This document shows positions 39,671-50,858 of a stretch of 64,000 nucleotides of DNA, piece after piece (position 1 is the stretch's first letter; the number at the start of each line of letters is the position of its first letter). The notes beneath the pieces are model-generated. The model searched no databases and was not told where the DNA came from. It saw nothing but the letters and a program-made list of their open reading frames with translations. Position numbers and translations under genes: made by a program. The DNA is from a bacterium ADurb.Bin157 (GTDB lineage Bacteria > Muiribacteriota > Ozemobacteria > Ozemobacterales > Ozemobacteraceae), in contig MWDD01000001.1 in assembly GCA_002070375.1 (NCBI GenBank), positions 17,425 through 81,424 of the forward strand, in the 5' to 3' direction.

Positions 39671-42646
39671 TTATTCAAACGGCGAGCTTTCAAACAAATC
39701 TTCTTTCTGAGGCGTAGCAAAAAGCCATCTAAATAGCTCGCCCACCCACAAAACCAGAGAAGTTCCAAATATAATTGAGAGCCACGTCTGCAAATCAAGA
39801 GGTTCTGTTCTGAACATTTTTCCTCCAAAATGAACGATCAAAAACTGCCCAATAATAATTGCAAAGAATATTAATACGAAACTCTTATTTGAGATAACAT
39901 CTTTAATCGTGGTCTTATTTAATCCTAGGGCACGTGCATTAAACAGATTCCAGACTTGAAGCATGACAAATATTGTAAAGAAAATCGTAAGCTCTTTGTC
40001 AGATATCATCCCGTCCGAACTCATGAAAAATTTAAGTATGCCGACTAATAAGAGATAGAATGATAAACCCACCCCGAAAATATGCTTATACATCGGCTTG
40101 GTAACTATAAAATCATCAGGCTGCCTTGGTTTTCTTGCCATTACTTTCCAATGAGGAGGTTCTGTAGCAAGAGCAAGAGCAGCAAATGTATCCATTATTA
40201 AATTTACCCAGAGCATTTGAACCACAGTAAGAGGCATTTTAATACCTATAAAAGGCCCTGTAAGTGCAATTGCAAGAGCCACCACATTTATTGTCAGCTG
40301 AAACATAACAAATCTTTGTATGTTGTCATAGAGAGAACGGCCCCACATGATACCCTTAACAACGCTTGGAAATGAGTCATCCAACAAAATAATATCACTT
40401 GCTTCTTTTGCCACAGAAGTGCCCGTTTTACCCATTGAAAGGCCAACATTAGCGTGATTTAGAGCCGGCGCGTCATTTGTTCCGTCACCGGTTACAGCAA
40501 CCACATTTTTCGATTTCTGCAAAAGCTTAACAAGCCTAAGTTTATCATTTGGCCTTGCTCTTGACATTATTTTAATTTTATCGGCCACGATCAGTGCTTC
40601 TTCGTCAGAGAGACTCTGAAAGTCCCTTCCCGTAATATGAACTTCGTCTTTGTTATCAACAGTATCAATCAACCCGCTTTGCCTTGAAATTTCCCAAGCC
40701 GTATTGGAGTTATCTCCGGTTATGACCTTCACTTTTACGCCTGCATTTCTGCATACAGAAAGCGCTATCGGCACATCCGGTCTAATCGGATCTGCAATCG
40801 CAACGAACCCTAACCAAACCAAACCATTTGCAACATCTTTTATTTCGCTTCCCGCAACCGCTTCTAAGTTTGTTTTAAAAGCATAACCAAGAGTTCTCAT
40901 CCCCCTATCTTGCTGCGATTTCAACTCTTTGATTATGTCAGGCATAACAGACGAAATGGTTTGCAGACCGGTTTTTGTCAATACTTCGGTGCATCGTTCA
41001 AGTATTATTTCAGGGGCGCCTTTTACATATAATATGTTTTCTTTTCCTGCATCTGAAACTCCGAAAGTGCCCATCATCTTTCTTTCAGTCGAAAAAGTCC
41101 ATTGTTTTTTAATATCAAAAGACTCTCGTTTTGTCGCATAATCAATACCATTGTCTTTCAGCCAAATAAGGGTCGCCGCCTCGGTCGGGTTTCCTATCGG
41201 CGAAAACACGCCCTCTTTTACAGCAATATTAGCAGTGCTGTTTACAGCAATTGCCTCTATAATTAACTTTTCGGCGTCATTAAGCTTATCTGCACTCAAT
41301 TCAGCATCTTTAAGAACGTGAAAGTGAACAGAACTCATCAACATTTTATTTTGTGTGAGCGTCCCCGTTTTATCTGAACAAATAACAGTTGCCGCACCAA
41401 TAGTTTCACACGCGTGCATTCGCCTAACCAGATTATTTGCTGCTGTCATTTTTCTCATGCTGTATGCCAAACTTAGAGTAACGCTCATGGGCAAGCCTTC
41501 AGGAACAGCGACAACAATGATTGTAACCGCTATCATAAAAAACTGTAAAAACTCTTTTGCACCTTCAAGCGTCATCCATAAACTCGGATCTGTTGGCAAA
41601 ATCTTAGTCAAAACCCCTAGCCCTAAAGCTAAACCACAAAACACCAAACCGACCAACATTGTTTTTAACCAAGAGGCGATCCCCGCTTCTTCGGTTATCT
41701 TAGGCAATTTTATTTCCCTTCCCATGAATTCAAAGGCATCCGCTACAATAGGCATCCAAACCTTTGAAAGCATTATCATGCCGCCGATAAAAACAATTAT
41801 GGAAAAAATCCATTGATAGGTTTCAAGAATCAATTCTTTTGTAAAATAATCGCGAGCTATAAGAGAAGTGAAAGTAAGAAAAGCTACAAAAAAACCCACA
41901 ACCCCAATAAGCTTGCTTAATTTATCAAGCTGTATATTCAAGGGGGTTTCTTCGCCACTTTCTTCGCCGGCCGACCTAGCGGCTTTTCCTATTTCGGTTT
42001 TGTCTCCGACAGCCGTTACTTGCATTGTTCCGTGACCGTCGCTTATAAGAGTGCTTCTTAATAAAACATTCATAGGATAAGCATGCCCCGTGTCGCTCTT
42101 GTAACCTTCTGTCCCCTCGGGAAATTTTTCAACCGGAAGCGACTCCCCTGTTAATTTAGCTTCATCGACCTGCAAAGACACAGATGACAATAAAATACCG
42201 TCAGCCGGGATTTCTTCTCCGGGTTCCAACATTACTATATCGCCCACAACCAAATCTTTTAAGGGAACCGCCGCAAAGACATTGTCTCTTATTACGTTTA
42301 CTTCAGCTTCATCTGACACTTTATTAAGGATATCAAATTCTTTGGCTGCCTTATATTCATTTATAAATGCCAATATAGTTGCCAAAAGAATTGCAATTAT
42401 TATTCCGATCCCCTCAAAAAATTCTTTACTCACAAAACCTACGCCTACTGCAATAACAGCTGCAATCATTAAAATTCTTATGATCGGATCATCAAATTTT
42501 TCCAACAACAACTTCCACCAAGGTTCTCTTTCGGCAGGAGTAAGAATATTAGAACCATATTTCTCACGGCTTTCAAGCACCTGTTGCTCAGTCAAGCCCC
42601 TAAAAACATGACGGTCCCGGGGCAATTTTTCAGGTTGATTTAACAT
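39671..42646 (-). CDS. calcium-translocating P-type ATPase (P2A/P2B)
   Basis: 991 aa. DKTGTLT phosphorylation motif, TGDN, GDGTNDAPAL, 10 TM helices. Confidence 0.9.
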   Translation of the reverse strand: MLNQPEKLPRDRHVFRGLTEQQVLESREKYGSNILTPAEREPWWKLLLEKFDDPIIRILMIAAVIAVGVGFVSKEFFEGIGIIIAILLATILAFINEYKAAKEFDILNKVSDEAEVNVIRDNVFAAVPLKDLVVGDIVMLEPGEEIPADGILLSSVSLQVDEAKLTGESLPVEKFPEGTEGYKSDTGHAYPMNVLLRSTLISDGHGTMQVTAVGDKTEIGKAARSAGEESGEETPLNIQLDKLSKLIGVVGFFVAFLTFTSLIARDYFTKELILETYQWIFSIIVFIGGMIMLSKVWMPIVADAFEFMGREIKLPKITEEAGIASWLKTMLVGLVFCGLALGLGVLTKILPTDPSLWMTLEGAKEFLQFFMIAVTIIVVAVPEGLPMSVTLSLAYSMRKMTAANNLVRRMHACETIGAATVICSDKTGTLTQNKMLMSSVHFHVLKDAELSADKLNDAEKLIIEAIAVNSTANIAVKEGVFSPIGNPTEAATLIWLKDNGIDYATKRESFDIKKQWTFSTERKMMGTFGVSDAGKENILYVKGAPEIILERCTEVLTKTGLQTISSVMPDIIKELKSQQDRGMRTLGYAFKTNLEAVAGSEIKDVANGLVWLGFVAIADPIRPDVPIALSVCRNAGVKVKVITGDNSNTAWEISRQSGLIDTVDNKDEVHITGRDFQSLSDEEALIVADKIKIMSRARPNDKLRLVKLLQKSKNVVAVTGDGTNDAPALNHANVGLSMGKTGTSVAKEASDIILLDDSFPSVVKGIMWGRSLYDNIQRFVMFQLTINVVALAIALTGPFIGIKMPLTVVQMLWVNLIMDTFAALALATEPPHWKVMARKPRQPDDFIVTKPMYKHIFGVGLSFYLLLVGILKFFMSSDGMISDKELTIFFTIFVMLQVWNLFNARALGLNKTTIKDVISNKSFVLIFFAIIIGQFLIVHFGGKMFRTEPLDLQTWLSIIFGTSLVLWVGELFRWLFATPQKEDLFESSPFE

Positions 42647-42940
42647 ATAAAGCGACTCCTCAAAAAACAGTTTGATTATTTTCGCCGATTATACAGTTTA
42701 AGAGTTTAACAAGCAAGATAAATATTAGCAAAACACTGACTAACAAAGGAGTTCAAGAACAGAAAAAACAAAGCAATTTTTTTGCCAATTTATAAAGCTC
42801 CCCTTAATTTAGGCTTTACAGAAAAAAAACTATGACAAAAATGACACACCCAAAGACAATATTGTCGCACTTCAGAATATACATTGAAAAAACAACTCTG
42901 AAATAGTAGACTTAAGCCAATCAATCATTAAGGAAAAATT

Positions 42941-43705
42941 ATGGTTCAACGCAAACCCCGCTATCTGAAATACATGAACACGATTCAAACCGAGTCTGTA
43001 TTAAAAGAAAACGCACCCTTATTCATACCGATAGGCACATTAGAAGCACACGGCCGACACTTACCCATATCTACCGATACAATTTGCGCAGAAAAAATCG
43101 CAGAAAAACTTTGTATTGAAGTCGGCGGCGTAATCGCTCCGCCCATTGAATACGGGCTTACTAATGTTTTTCTTCAAACAGCCCCCGGCAGCTTTTTTCC
43201 GGAAGATGTTTTTAAAAGTTACGTTGAGCACATTGTAAGAAATTTTAGAAAGCATGGTTTCAAAACAATAATAATTGTAAATGGTCATGGCGGCAACAGA
43301 GACTCGCTAAAACAAATAATTCGAACCATCCCCCGCGAAGAAGCAATAGCGCTTTCAGTCATTAATTGGTGGATTTTGGCTGAAAAGTATGTTGAAAGAG
43401 TTTATGGGTGCAAACCGGGAGGGCATGCGGCGGTAGAAGAAACTGCAGCTATGTTAAACTTTTACCCCACCTTGGTGAGCCCGGCAAAGTATTCGCCAAA
43501 TATAGATGATTATGTTCCGGAAGAATCTCTTTGGATGTATCCTCCGCCCGGCGAAGTATTATTGCAAGAAGAAGGCGAAGGCCGCCCCTCTTTTGATTCA
43601 GACAAAGCAGAAATGTTTATGTCTCTGGTCATTTCAGACTTAAGCACTAAAATTAAGCGCTGGCTTAATTCTTTCAACAGAATAAAAGGGAGCTTGAGAC
43701 CATAA
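42941..43705 (+). CDS. creatininase-family amidohydrolase
   Basis: 254 aa. GTLEAHGRHLP...NGHGGN metal-binding signature. Confidence 0.75.
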   Translation: MVQRKPRYLKYMNTIQTESVLKENAPLFIPIGTLEAHGRHLPISTDTICAEKIAEKLCIEVGGVIAPPIEYGLTNVFLQTAPGSFFPEDVFKSYVEHIVRNFRKHGFKTIIIVNGHGGNRDSLKQIIRTIPREEAIALSVINWWILAEKYVERVYGCKPGGHAAVEETAAMLNFYPTLVSPAKYSPNIDDYVPEESLWMYPPPGEVLLQEEGEGRPSFDSDKAEMFMSLVISDLSTKIKRWLNSFNRIKGSLRP

Positions 43706-43926
43706 TGGAAGAACCATCAACCCTGTCTCTTATTGCAAAATATAGTATAGACATTTTTTTGGCTGCAGTATTTTTTTATATTTTGTTTTTTTGCAAACCG
43801 GACCCCAAAAACGCCCCAAAAAGCAATCCCGATGAAGAAGAGCCAAACGAACTTGAAAAAAGACTAATGAGCGACTCTGAAGATGAGGACGACGACAATG
43901 CCGATATAGATGACGGCTTACAATAA
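43705..43926 (+). CDS. small membrane protein with acidic C-terminus (73 aa)
   Basis: TAATG overlap with the creatininase gene. One TM helix then a D/E-rich tail. Confidence 0.4.
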   Translation: MEEPSTLSLIAKYSIDIFLAAVFFYILFFCKPDPKNAPKSNPDEEEPNELEKRLMSDSEDEDDDNADIDDGLQ

Positions 43927-44027
43927 ATAAAAAACCCTCTTGCACTTTTGCGCATTTCCTGCTTAAATAAGCAAGAAAATAAGCATTCTGACTATCTACT
44001 TAAATTTTGAAAAGGAGTTTTCAGACT

Positions 44028-45980
44028 ATGGTTACCACCACACACGAATTTAAAACGGAAGCAAGACAATTATTGGATCTTATGATCCATTCTGTCTATT
44101 CCCAAAAAGAGATTTTTTTAAGAGAGCTGATTTCAAACGCCTCAGACGCTCTTGATAAATTAAAATTTGAGGCTTTGACCAATGATACCTACAGCTCTTT
44201 GACCGATGATTTGCACATTCGAATATCACCGGACACCACAGCTCAGACAATAACAATCAGCGACAACGGCATCGGCATGACCCACAATGAAATTGTTGAT
44301 TATATAGGCACCATAGCGAAGTCCGGCACAGGTGAATTTATCAAAAGCCTTAATGAAGCCAAAGATAAAAAAGGAATGTCTTCAGATCTTATTGGACAAT
44401 TCGGCGTCGGTTTTTACTCCGCATTTATGGTTGCGAACAAAGTAGAACTTACCAGCCGCAAAGCCGGCAGCAATGAAGCTTGGACCTGGTCTTCTGCAGC
44501 AGAAGGCAATTATACTATGTCCGAAGCCACCAGAGAGACAAATGGCACCACTGTCACTTTGCATCTTAAACCGAAAGCCGAAAATGATGAGACCCACGAA
44601 GATTTCACTCAAGAATGGACTATCAAACAAATAGTAAAAAAATATTCTGATTTTGTCGGTTATCCTATTAAAATGCAAATAACCAGAACTGAGGTTGAAC
44701 GCGACGAAAAAGGAAATCGCAAAGAAGGGGCAGAAGAAAAAACTATAATTGAAGATGAAGTTTTGAATTCAATGAAAGCAATTTGGCTTCGCCCTGAAAA
44801 AGAAGTCACCGAAGAAGAATACAAAGACTTTTACCGTCACATCAGTCACGACTGGAATCCGCCTCTTAAATGGATTAACTTCAAGGCAGAAGGCACTACC
44901 AACGAATTCACTTCTCTTCTCTACATTCCGGAAAAACCGGGGTTCGACATGTTTATGCCTGAAAAGAAGCATGGCATAAGTCTTTATGTTAAGCGCGTGT
45001 TTATCATGAATGACTGTGAAGAGCTGATTCCGGATTATCTGCGCTTTGTCAAAGGAGTTGTAGACTCAGAAGATCTTTCGCTCAATATTTCTCGTGAAAT
45101 ATTACAAAAAGACAGACAGATCCAAACAATTCGTAAGACAGTAATCCGAAAAGTATTAGATACCTTCAAAAAACTTTTAAAAGAAGACAAAAATAAATAT
45201 GTCGAATTCTGGAAAAATTTTGGTTCGATTATTAAAGAAGGCTTATTCAAAGAAACAAGTAACAGTGATAAAATCTTTGAATGCGCATTATTCAAAACTA
45301 CCGCTTCTCCAAGCGAATATTTTACCCTTGACGAATATATTGAACGCATGAAACCTGGACAAGAAAAAATTTATTTCTTGAGCGGGGAATCAAGGGAAGC
45401 AATTGAAAACAGCCCGCACATTGAGGCTTTCAGAGACAAAGGATATGAAGTTATTCTTTTAACTGATCCTGTTGATGAAGTGTGGCCGCAATACACAAAT
45501 GAATATAAAGGTAAAAAAATTAAAACGTCTGCCGGCTCTGCCAACGAACTCGGTTCAGAAGAAGAAAGACAAAAGACCACCGAAACATTAAAGAAAAAAG
45601 AAGAAGAATGGAAACAGCTTCTCGAGCTTATCAAAAACAAATTAGAAAAGCACGTAAAAGCTGTTAAGCTTTCTAGTGGCATGAGTACTTCCGCAGCCTG
45701 TCTGGTTAGCGGAGAAGGCGAAATGACACCGCACCTAGAAGCATTGCTCAGAGCATCCGGCAAAGACGTACCTGCTGTTAAGCGCACTTTGGAATTAAAC
45801 CCGACTCATCCGTTAATGAGCAAAATGTATGACGCTTTCACTCGAGATCCTAAGAGTCCTCAGATTGAAGAATATTCTGAGTTACTTTACGGACAGGCTC
45901 TTTTAGCCGAGGGCGGTCAGTTACCTGACCCTGCCGGCTTTAATCGAAAAATTGCAGAGCTTATGGCAGGTGCTCTATAA
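44028..45980 (+). CDS. htpG: molecular chaperone HtpG (Hsp90)
   Basis: EIFLRELISNASDALDK N-terminal ATPase motif. AAAGGAG ribosome-binding site 10 nt before the ATG at 44028. The ORF track's 44007 start is a TTG inside the ribosome-binding site. Confidence 0.9.
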   Translation: MVTTTHEFKTEARQLLDLMIHSVYSQKEIFLRELISNASDALDKLKFEALTNDTYSSLTDDLHIRISPDTTAQTITISDNGIGMTHNEIVDYIGTIAKSGTGEFIKSLNEAKDKKGMSSDLIGQFGVGFYSAFMVANKVELTSRKAGSNEAWTWSSAAEGNYTMSEATRETNGTTVTLHLKPKAENDETHEDFTQEWTIKQIVKKYSDFVGYPIKMQITRTEVERDEKGNRKEGAEEKTIIEDEVLNSMKAIWLRPEKEVTEEEYKDFYRHISHDWNPPLKWINFKAEGTTNEFTSLLYIPEKPGFDMFMPEKKHGISLYVKRVFIMNDCEELIPDYLRFVKGVVDSEDLSLNISREILQKDRQIQTIRKTVIRKVLDTFKKLLKEDKNKYVEFWKNFGSIIKEGLFKETSNSDKIFECALFKTTASPSEYFTLDEYIERMKPGQEKIYFLSGESREAIENSPHIEAFRDKGYEVILLTDPVDEVWPQYTNEYKGKKIKTSAGSANELGSEEERQKTTETLKKKEEEWKQLLELIKNKLEKHVKAVKLSSGMSTSAACLVSGEGEMTPHLEALLRASGKDVPAVKRTLELNPTHPLMSKMYDAFTRDPKSPQIEEYSELLYGQALLAEGGQLPDPAGFNRKIAELMAGAL

Positions 45981-45984
45981 CATA

Positions 45985-47115
45985 ATGGCAAAAAGATCAT
46001 ATCGCCGACATAACGGCATTTGCACTATCAAACTATTAGTCACACTCAAAACCAAAATGCCTAAAGGCGATTCTTTGTACATTACCGGCAATCTTCTTGA
46101 GCTAGGCGACTGGGAGCCGACGGGCAAACAATTACACCTTTGCGAAGACGGAACTTACAGCATTGAGTTTAACGCCCGCAAAGGGACTATTATCGAGTGT
46201 AAGCTCACCCGCGGCACCTGGAAAAGTCAGGGAATATACATTAACAACGGCAAACCGCCCGACAATTATGTAATAAAGGCCGATAAAGACAAAATCGTCA
46301 AAGTATCGATTTTGGACTGGCTCGACAAGAGAGTTATGGTAAGTGATCCCGTCAAAGGCAAGTTACTTGCCTTTGACAGGTTTACCTGCAAAGGCCTCAA
46401 ATATAAGCGCGGAATCGAAGTATGGCTTCCCGAGACTTATTCAGAAGCGCACCAGCCCTATTCTGTAATCTACACACATGACGGTCAAAATCTTTTCGAA
46501 CCCGGCAACGCTTTTGCCGGCATGGACTGGAAAGTTGACGAAACCGTAACAAAACTGTTAAATGAGGGAAAGATCAAAAATTGCATAGTTGTCGGGATTC
46601 CGAATTCGCCCGATCGTATGAAAGAGCTGAATCTCGAAACGACTTTAGGCAAGAGCTACGCTCAGTTCATAATAGAAGAAGTAATGCCTTTTGTGGAAAC
46701 AAAATTTAACGTATCTCGCAATTTTTCCGATTCGTTCATAATGGGCTCATCAATGGGAGGGCTCATGGCTTTTCAGATGGGCTTTACTTTTCCCCATAAG
46801 TTTGGCGGTGCCGCTTGCCTTTCATCTGCTTTCCAAAGCAAGTTCAGCAAAATAATAGAACAAGTTAAACATAGCGACCATCTTCCTCAAGGCTTACGTG
46901 TTTACATTGACACAGGTGAATACGAGAAAGAAATCAACGAGCGGGAAGACATCTGCGAGTGCTACTACAAAATGATGGAAATCCTTGTAAAGAGGGGTTT
47001 TAAAGAAGGTGAAAACCTTATGGGGTATTTTGATGAAAAGGCAACCCACACCGAGTCGGCATGGGCTATGCGTCTTAAAATTCCTCTGATGTTTTTACTG
47101 GGCAAAATCAAATAA
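45985..47115 (+). CDS. CBM20 (starch-binding) domain fused to PF00756-type esterase
   Basis: N-terminus LYITGNLLELGDWEP...GTW matches CBM20. C-terminus HDGQNLFEPG...GSSMGG matches the esterase. Likely ATG at 45985. Confidence 0.65.
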   Translation: MAKRSYRRHNGICTIKLLVTLKTKMPKGDSLYITGNLLELGDWEPTGKQLHLCEDGTYSIEFNARKGTIIECKLTRGTWKSQGIYINNGKPPDNYVIKADKDKIVKVSILDWLDKRVMVSDPVKGKLLAFDRFTCKGLKYKRGIEVWLPETYSEAHQPYSVIYTHDGQNLFEPGNAFAGMDWKVDETVTKLLNEGKIKNCIVVGIPNSPDRMKELNLETTLGKSYAQFIIEEVMPFVETKFNVSRNFSDSFIMGSSMGGLMAFQMGFTFPHKFGGAACLSSAFQSKFSKIIEQVKHSDHLPQGLRVYIDTGEYEKEINEREDICECYYKMMEILVKRGFKEGENLMGYFDEKATHTESAWAMRLKIPLMFLLGKIK

Positions 47116-47124
47116 GGCAATATA

Positions 47125-49716
47125 TTAAAGCCTTGCATCTATAATCGTTTTTAGTTTACCGGTACGACTGTTTCGGGTTATTTTTCCAGGTTTGTACCAT
47201 TCAATAGCAACAGTCATCCAGCCTTCATGCAAAGACTCGGCGATCTTATAAGACTCGTTTTTGAGTGCCTCTAACACAGCAACGTCAGAAACGGGTTTTT
47301 CAGCTTCAAGTCTGAGACAAAGCCGGTCTTTGCCTTCAAAGGTCTGAGCTTCAATCTGGAAAGACTGGCTGACAGGCAGCTTAGCAAGCCCTGCAGCCAC
47401 ATCAGCGGGCATAAGATTTATGCCCCCGATTACGATGAGTTCATCACATCGGCCCAGCAACTCAAACGATTTGCCTTTAAACCCGCACTTGCATGGTTCC
47501 GAGACAATCCATCGCCCCATGTCTCCGGTTTTATACCTAATTACAGGCATCAGTGTTTTATTCAAATTAGTTACAACTATTTCGCCCGCCTCATTAATTT
47601 CAGCCTGTTTACCGGTAATCGGCGAAATTATTTCACAGTAGCAATACTGGTCCAATACGTGGTGAATTGTGCCTGAAAGATGTTCGCACTGCCAACCTAC
47701 CGGCCCTGTATCAACGCAAGCATAGCCGGCAGAACGAATAATTTTTGCCCCTACAGTTTCTTTTAAAAACTTGCAGGTTTCAGGTCTTAGATGTTCACCG
47801 CCATATAATATTTTTTCGATCTTTATGTCCGATTTAAGTCGTTTAATTTCTTCCGCAAGTTTAATAATTATTGAAGGAAGCCCAACTACAGCATTCACAT
47901 CAAAAATTTTCAAATATTTCAAAGTGTTGCTTAAGTCAGAAGAACCGCCTACCGGCAAATTTAAGCATCCGAGATTCTCTAATGCTCTTCCGGCAACGTT
48001 AAAGCTTGTCCACAGATTGCCCGCAATAAACAAATTGGCAACTCTGTCAAATTTTGATAAACCGGCATTTCTGTAGATATCAGTCAGTAAATCTGTTACA
48101 TATTTGTATTCATCATTTGAATAGAAAGAAAATTTTGGGTTTCCGGTGGTTCCGCCCGAAGCGTATACATAAGCGTCAATTGGCTCTCTTGTTAATATAT
48201 CATTAGATTCGGGGGGTGAATTTTTGTAAAAGGTTTCTCTGTCAAGCAAAGGGAGTTTTTCAAAATTTTCAAATCCGCACCCGCCGGCCTTTTCAATAAT
48301 TGAGTTGTAATAAACAGAAGAATTAATTTGTGAAAGCAACTTTTCCACTCTGCTTTCGGGGGTATCTCTGTATTCAAGGGCAACCATATCTACTAAGCGT
48401 CTAAGCATAAATTCGCCCTCGTGAGGCGCTCCGTCGTGTCCTTCACTCATTCCGCCAATTTCGGTTACTCTTTTTGCTCCCAGTTCAAACAATTCGTCTT
48501 CAAGCCGAGCAAAACACTCAGGATATGCGCAAACACCTACTGTTTGCAAATATGATGACAAAGGCTTAACTTGAACAATTAAATCTTCTATCGAAGAAAT
48601 TCTTTTAATAAACAAAGTTCTGTTAAGGCATGAGACTTTAAACACGGGGTCATATTCAAGCACAAGCGTAAAACTGAAATCTTCCGGGCACTCAAGCCTT
48701 CCTTCGCCTTTAGCCTGCGACATTGTAGCCAGCTCGCGAACTTTTCTGATTTCTACTTTTTCATCGAAAGTTAAATTTCCCGCCGGCAAATCTTCGCTAA
48801 GCTTCAATAGCTCATCATAAAGATATTCCATCAACAAATGCGACGTTTTAATATCTTTGTCTAAAACATACACAACATGGGGCGAAGAGCAAGCCTGTTG
48901 ATCCCAGCGTGCCACATCCAATGCCAGTGAAGCGGCAATCTGAGGGGCAGTCGAAACCTTAATCTTTCGCCCTTCAATTACAGCAAAAGAAAATCTCGGG
49001 CCGTTTTCAACCAGCCTTGCAGCATCTCCCAATCTTGATTTAAGCGATTTCAAGGCCTCATACCCGCCCCAGAAAACAATAGTTGCAGGGGAATTAAGTA
49101 TCGGGTTCTCTATGCTTTCATCGCCGCCCTTCCACGAAATCGCCGCCTGATTGGGCCAAATAATACCGGCCGGGTCGTGCTCTTTTATGCTTTCTATGAA
49201 CAAAACAGGAAAAACCGTGTCTACACGAGACATTTTAAGAATATTTACATTTTTTGTGATTATACCTGATACAAGGCTATCCACAGCTCCGACAAAAACA
49301 TTGCCGGCAGTAAGATGCACTAAAACCCCACGGCTCTTGGCTTTGAGCTTGTAGCCCAAATGAGGCTGTTCTTCGCCCTCGTCAAATAATCGCAAAGAAT
49401 TAAACTCACCTTTAAGGCGTTTTTCCAGATTTTTTCTTGCGCAAATTTGACTTACCACATCAAACCCGGCGTCAGTCATTTCGGGGCTGAAATCTGTAAG
49501 TTTGGGCATAACCTCGGCCGCTTCAACCCTTAAGTGATAATTCGGATCTGCCCAAGCCGCAGAAACATTATCAAGAATATCAAGAATGCAGTCTATATCG
49601 GGGGTCGCCGCAATAGCAGCTCTCTCAAATGCTTCAGAAAGTATATCGGATATATTTTCTGAAGAAACAAATTCAGATTTGACAAATTTTCCAAAAACAC
49701 AGCATTTATTTTTCAT
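47125..49716 (-). CDS. fusion protein: LuxC-like acyl-CoA/acyl-protein reductase (N-terminal) plus PaaK/LuxE-like adenylate-forming domain (C-terminal)
   Basis: 863 aa. N-terminal aldehyde-dehydrogenase-like LuxC fold (about 1-450). C-terminal ASGGTTGNPKF adenylation motif and a PaaK-like body. Confidence 0.65.
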   Translation of the reverse strand: MKNKCCVFGKFVKSEFVSSENISDILSEAFERAAIAATPDIDCILDILDNVSAAWADPNYHLRVEAAEVMPKLTDFSPEMTDAGFDVVSQICARKNLEKRLKGEFNSLRLFDEGEEQPHLGYKLKAKSRGVLVHLTAGNVFVGAVDSLVSGIITKNVNILKMSRVDTVFPVLFIESIKEHDPAGIIWPNQAAISWKGGDESIENPILNSPATIVFWGGYEALKSLKSRLGDAARLVENGPRFSFAVIEGRKIKVSTAPQIAASLALDVARWDQQACSSPHVVYVLDKDIKTSHLLMEYLYDELLKLSEDLPAGNLTFDEKVEIRKVRELATMSQAKGEGRLECPEDFSFTLVLEYDPVFKVSCLNRTLFIKRISSIEDLIVQVKPLSSYLQTVGVCAYPECFARLEDELFELGAKRVTEIGGMSEGHDGAPHEGEFMLRRLVDMVALEYRDTPESRVEKLLSQINSSVYYNSIIEKAGGCGFENFEKLPLLDRETFYKNSPPESNDILTREPIDAYVYASGGTTGNPKFSFYSNDEYKYVTDLLTDIYRNAGLSKFDRVANLFIAGNLWTSFNVAGRALENLGCLNLPVGGSSDLSNTLKYLKIFDVNAVVGLPSIIIKLAEEIKRLKSDIKIEKILYGGEHLRPETCKFLKETVGAKIIRSAGYACVDTGPVGWQCEHLSGTIHHVLDQYCYCEIISPITGKQAEINEAGEIVVTNLNKTLMPVIRYKTGDMGRWIVSEPCKCGFKGKSFELLGRCDELIVIGGINLMPADVAAGLAKLPVSQSFQIEAQTFEGKDRLCLRLEAEKPVSDVAVLEALKNESYKIAESLHEGWMTVAIEWYKPGKITRNSRTGKLKTIIDARL

Positions 49717-49730
49717 ATAAGATTTCCCGC

Positions 49731-50858
49731 TTACTTTAGCAAATCAAGGGCATTAATAGCGCAGCCTTTATGTTTGGCCAAGCCCGCACGCCCAACTATT
49801 CTGAATGTTTTACCCGGTCTTTTGCATGGGCAGTTATCCTCGATAACCGCTTTATCGGTTGTCAGCAAAGAAATTGACGGGTAGGAAGACAAATAGGGTG
49901 TCATAAGATAAAGCAGCCCCTCTTCGCCGTCTTTAACCGGTTGCAATGTTTCGGGGTCAACAGCCATAGCCCTAGAGTAAATAGGAACATGAAGCCTGCC
50001 ATGTTCGCAGTCGACATACGGAATACCATGTTCGACCATTCCAAACAAATCTCTCAAGTTTTCACCGGGAATATTCAGAATTTTATTGATTCTCTTTTTG
50101 AAAACATCTTTTGTTACTTCAAGATTCTTATGCATTTTCCAACCGCCGCCGGTAATAATGAAAGAATCGCGGTTGAAATTCAGATTAATCCCTCTTTTTT
50201 CGAGCCAATCGCATACTTGCCACAAGTAAGCGGGGAAACCGAGAATTCTGACCGGTTCGGGTCTTTGCGAAAAATCTATAAGTTTTTTTGCGGTAGCTTC
50301 GAGATCGAAACTAAAATCATTCAATTTTTTATTCCATTTTATTGCATAAAAGACAGTTCTGTGAGCAGTCAAATCGGTTAGTAATTTATCGGAAAAAGCT
50401 GTTCCAACACTTTTAGCGTATTTGGGGTCATATGTAAAACACAAGTAGTTAACCTTTTGAGAATGATTTACCATACCGAGAGACGAAAAAATATTTTCTA
50501 CAATTTTTAAGATTCTTTTGTATGATCTGGCATCAAGTATTATAGAACTTTTTCGGCCTCCTGTGCCTGAAGATGTGAGTTCGAGTTTTACTTGCTTATC
50601 GGGAACAGAAGCCAGCTTAAACTCTTTAAAAACTGTCACGAGCAATGGCGGAATCTGTTCGGGCAAATAGTCGCTTTTAAAATCTATCAAGCCCGACAGG
50701 TTTAAAAAAGATTTAAATTCAGGACATTTAGAAACATGCCACCTTAAAGCTTCGTTCATAGCTTTATTAAACAATTCTTCGGTTTGTGGTGTATGATCGA
50801 ATGCCCGGGTAATATCGAAAAGTTTGCCGCAATTTTCAAAAGGTTTACCTTCAGCCAA
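49731..50858 (-). CDS. LuxE-family acyl-protein synthetase
   Basis: 375 aa. LTSSGTGG motif. Size and architecture of luciferase-operon LuxE. Confidence 0.65.
   Translation of the reverse strand: MAEGKPFENCGKLFDITRAFDHTPQTEELFNKAMNEALRWHVSKCPEFKSFLNLSGLIDFKSDYLPEQIPPLLVTVFKEFKLASVPDKQVKLELTSSGTGGRKSSIILDARSYKRILKIVENIFSSLGMVNHSQKVNYLCFTYDPKYAKSVGTAFSDKLLTDLTAHRTVFYAIKWNKKLNDFSFDLEATAKKLIDFSQRPEPVRILGFPAYLWQVCDWLEKRGINLNFNRDSFIITGGGWKMHKNLEVTKDVFKKRINKILNIPGENLRDLFGMVEHGIPYVDCEHGRLHVPIYSRAMAVDPETLQPVKDGEEGLLYLMTPYLSSYPSISLLTTDKAVIEDNCPCKRPGKTFRIVGRAGLAKHKGCAINALDLLK

Noticed and set aside
39541-39828. 95-aa minus-strand ORF spanning the accD start and ATPase end
   Set aside because: It overlaps two solid genes and the intergenic terminator, and has Cys/Arg-rich odd composition.
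43927-44027. Search for CIRCE/HAIR/sigma-32 or sigma-54 elements upstream of htpG
   Set aside because: No match to CIRCE (TTAGCACTC-N9-GAGTGCTAA), HAIR or the GG-N10-GC spacing was found. Only a generic AT-rich region with a strong ribosome-binding site is present.
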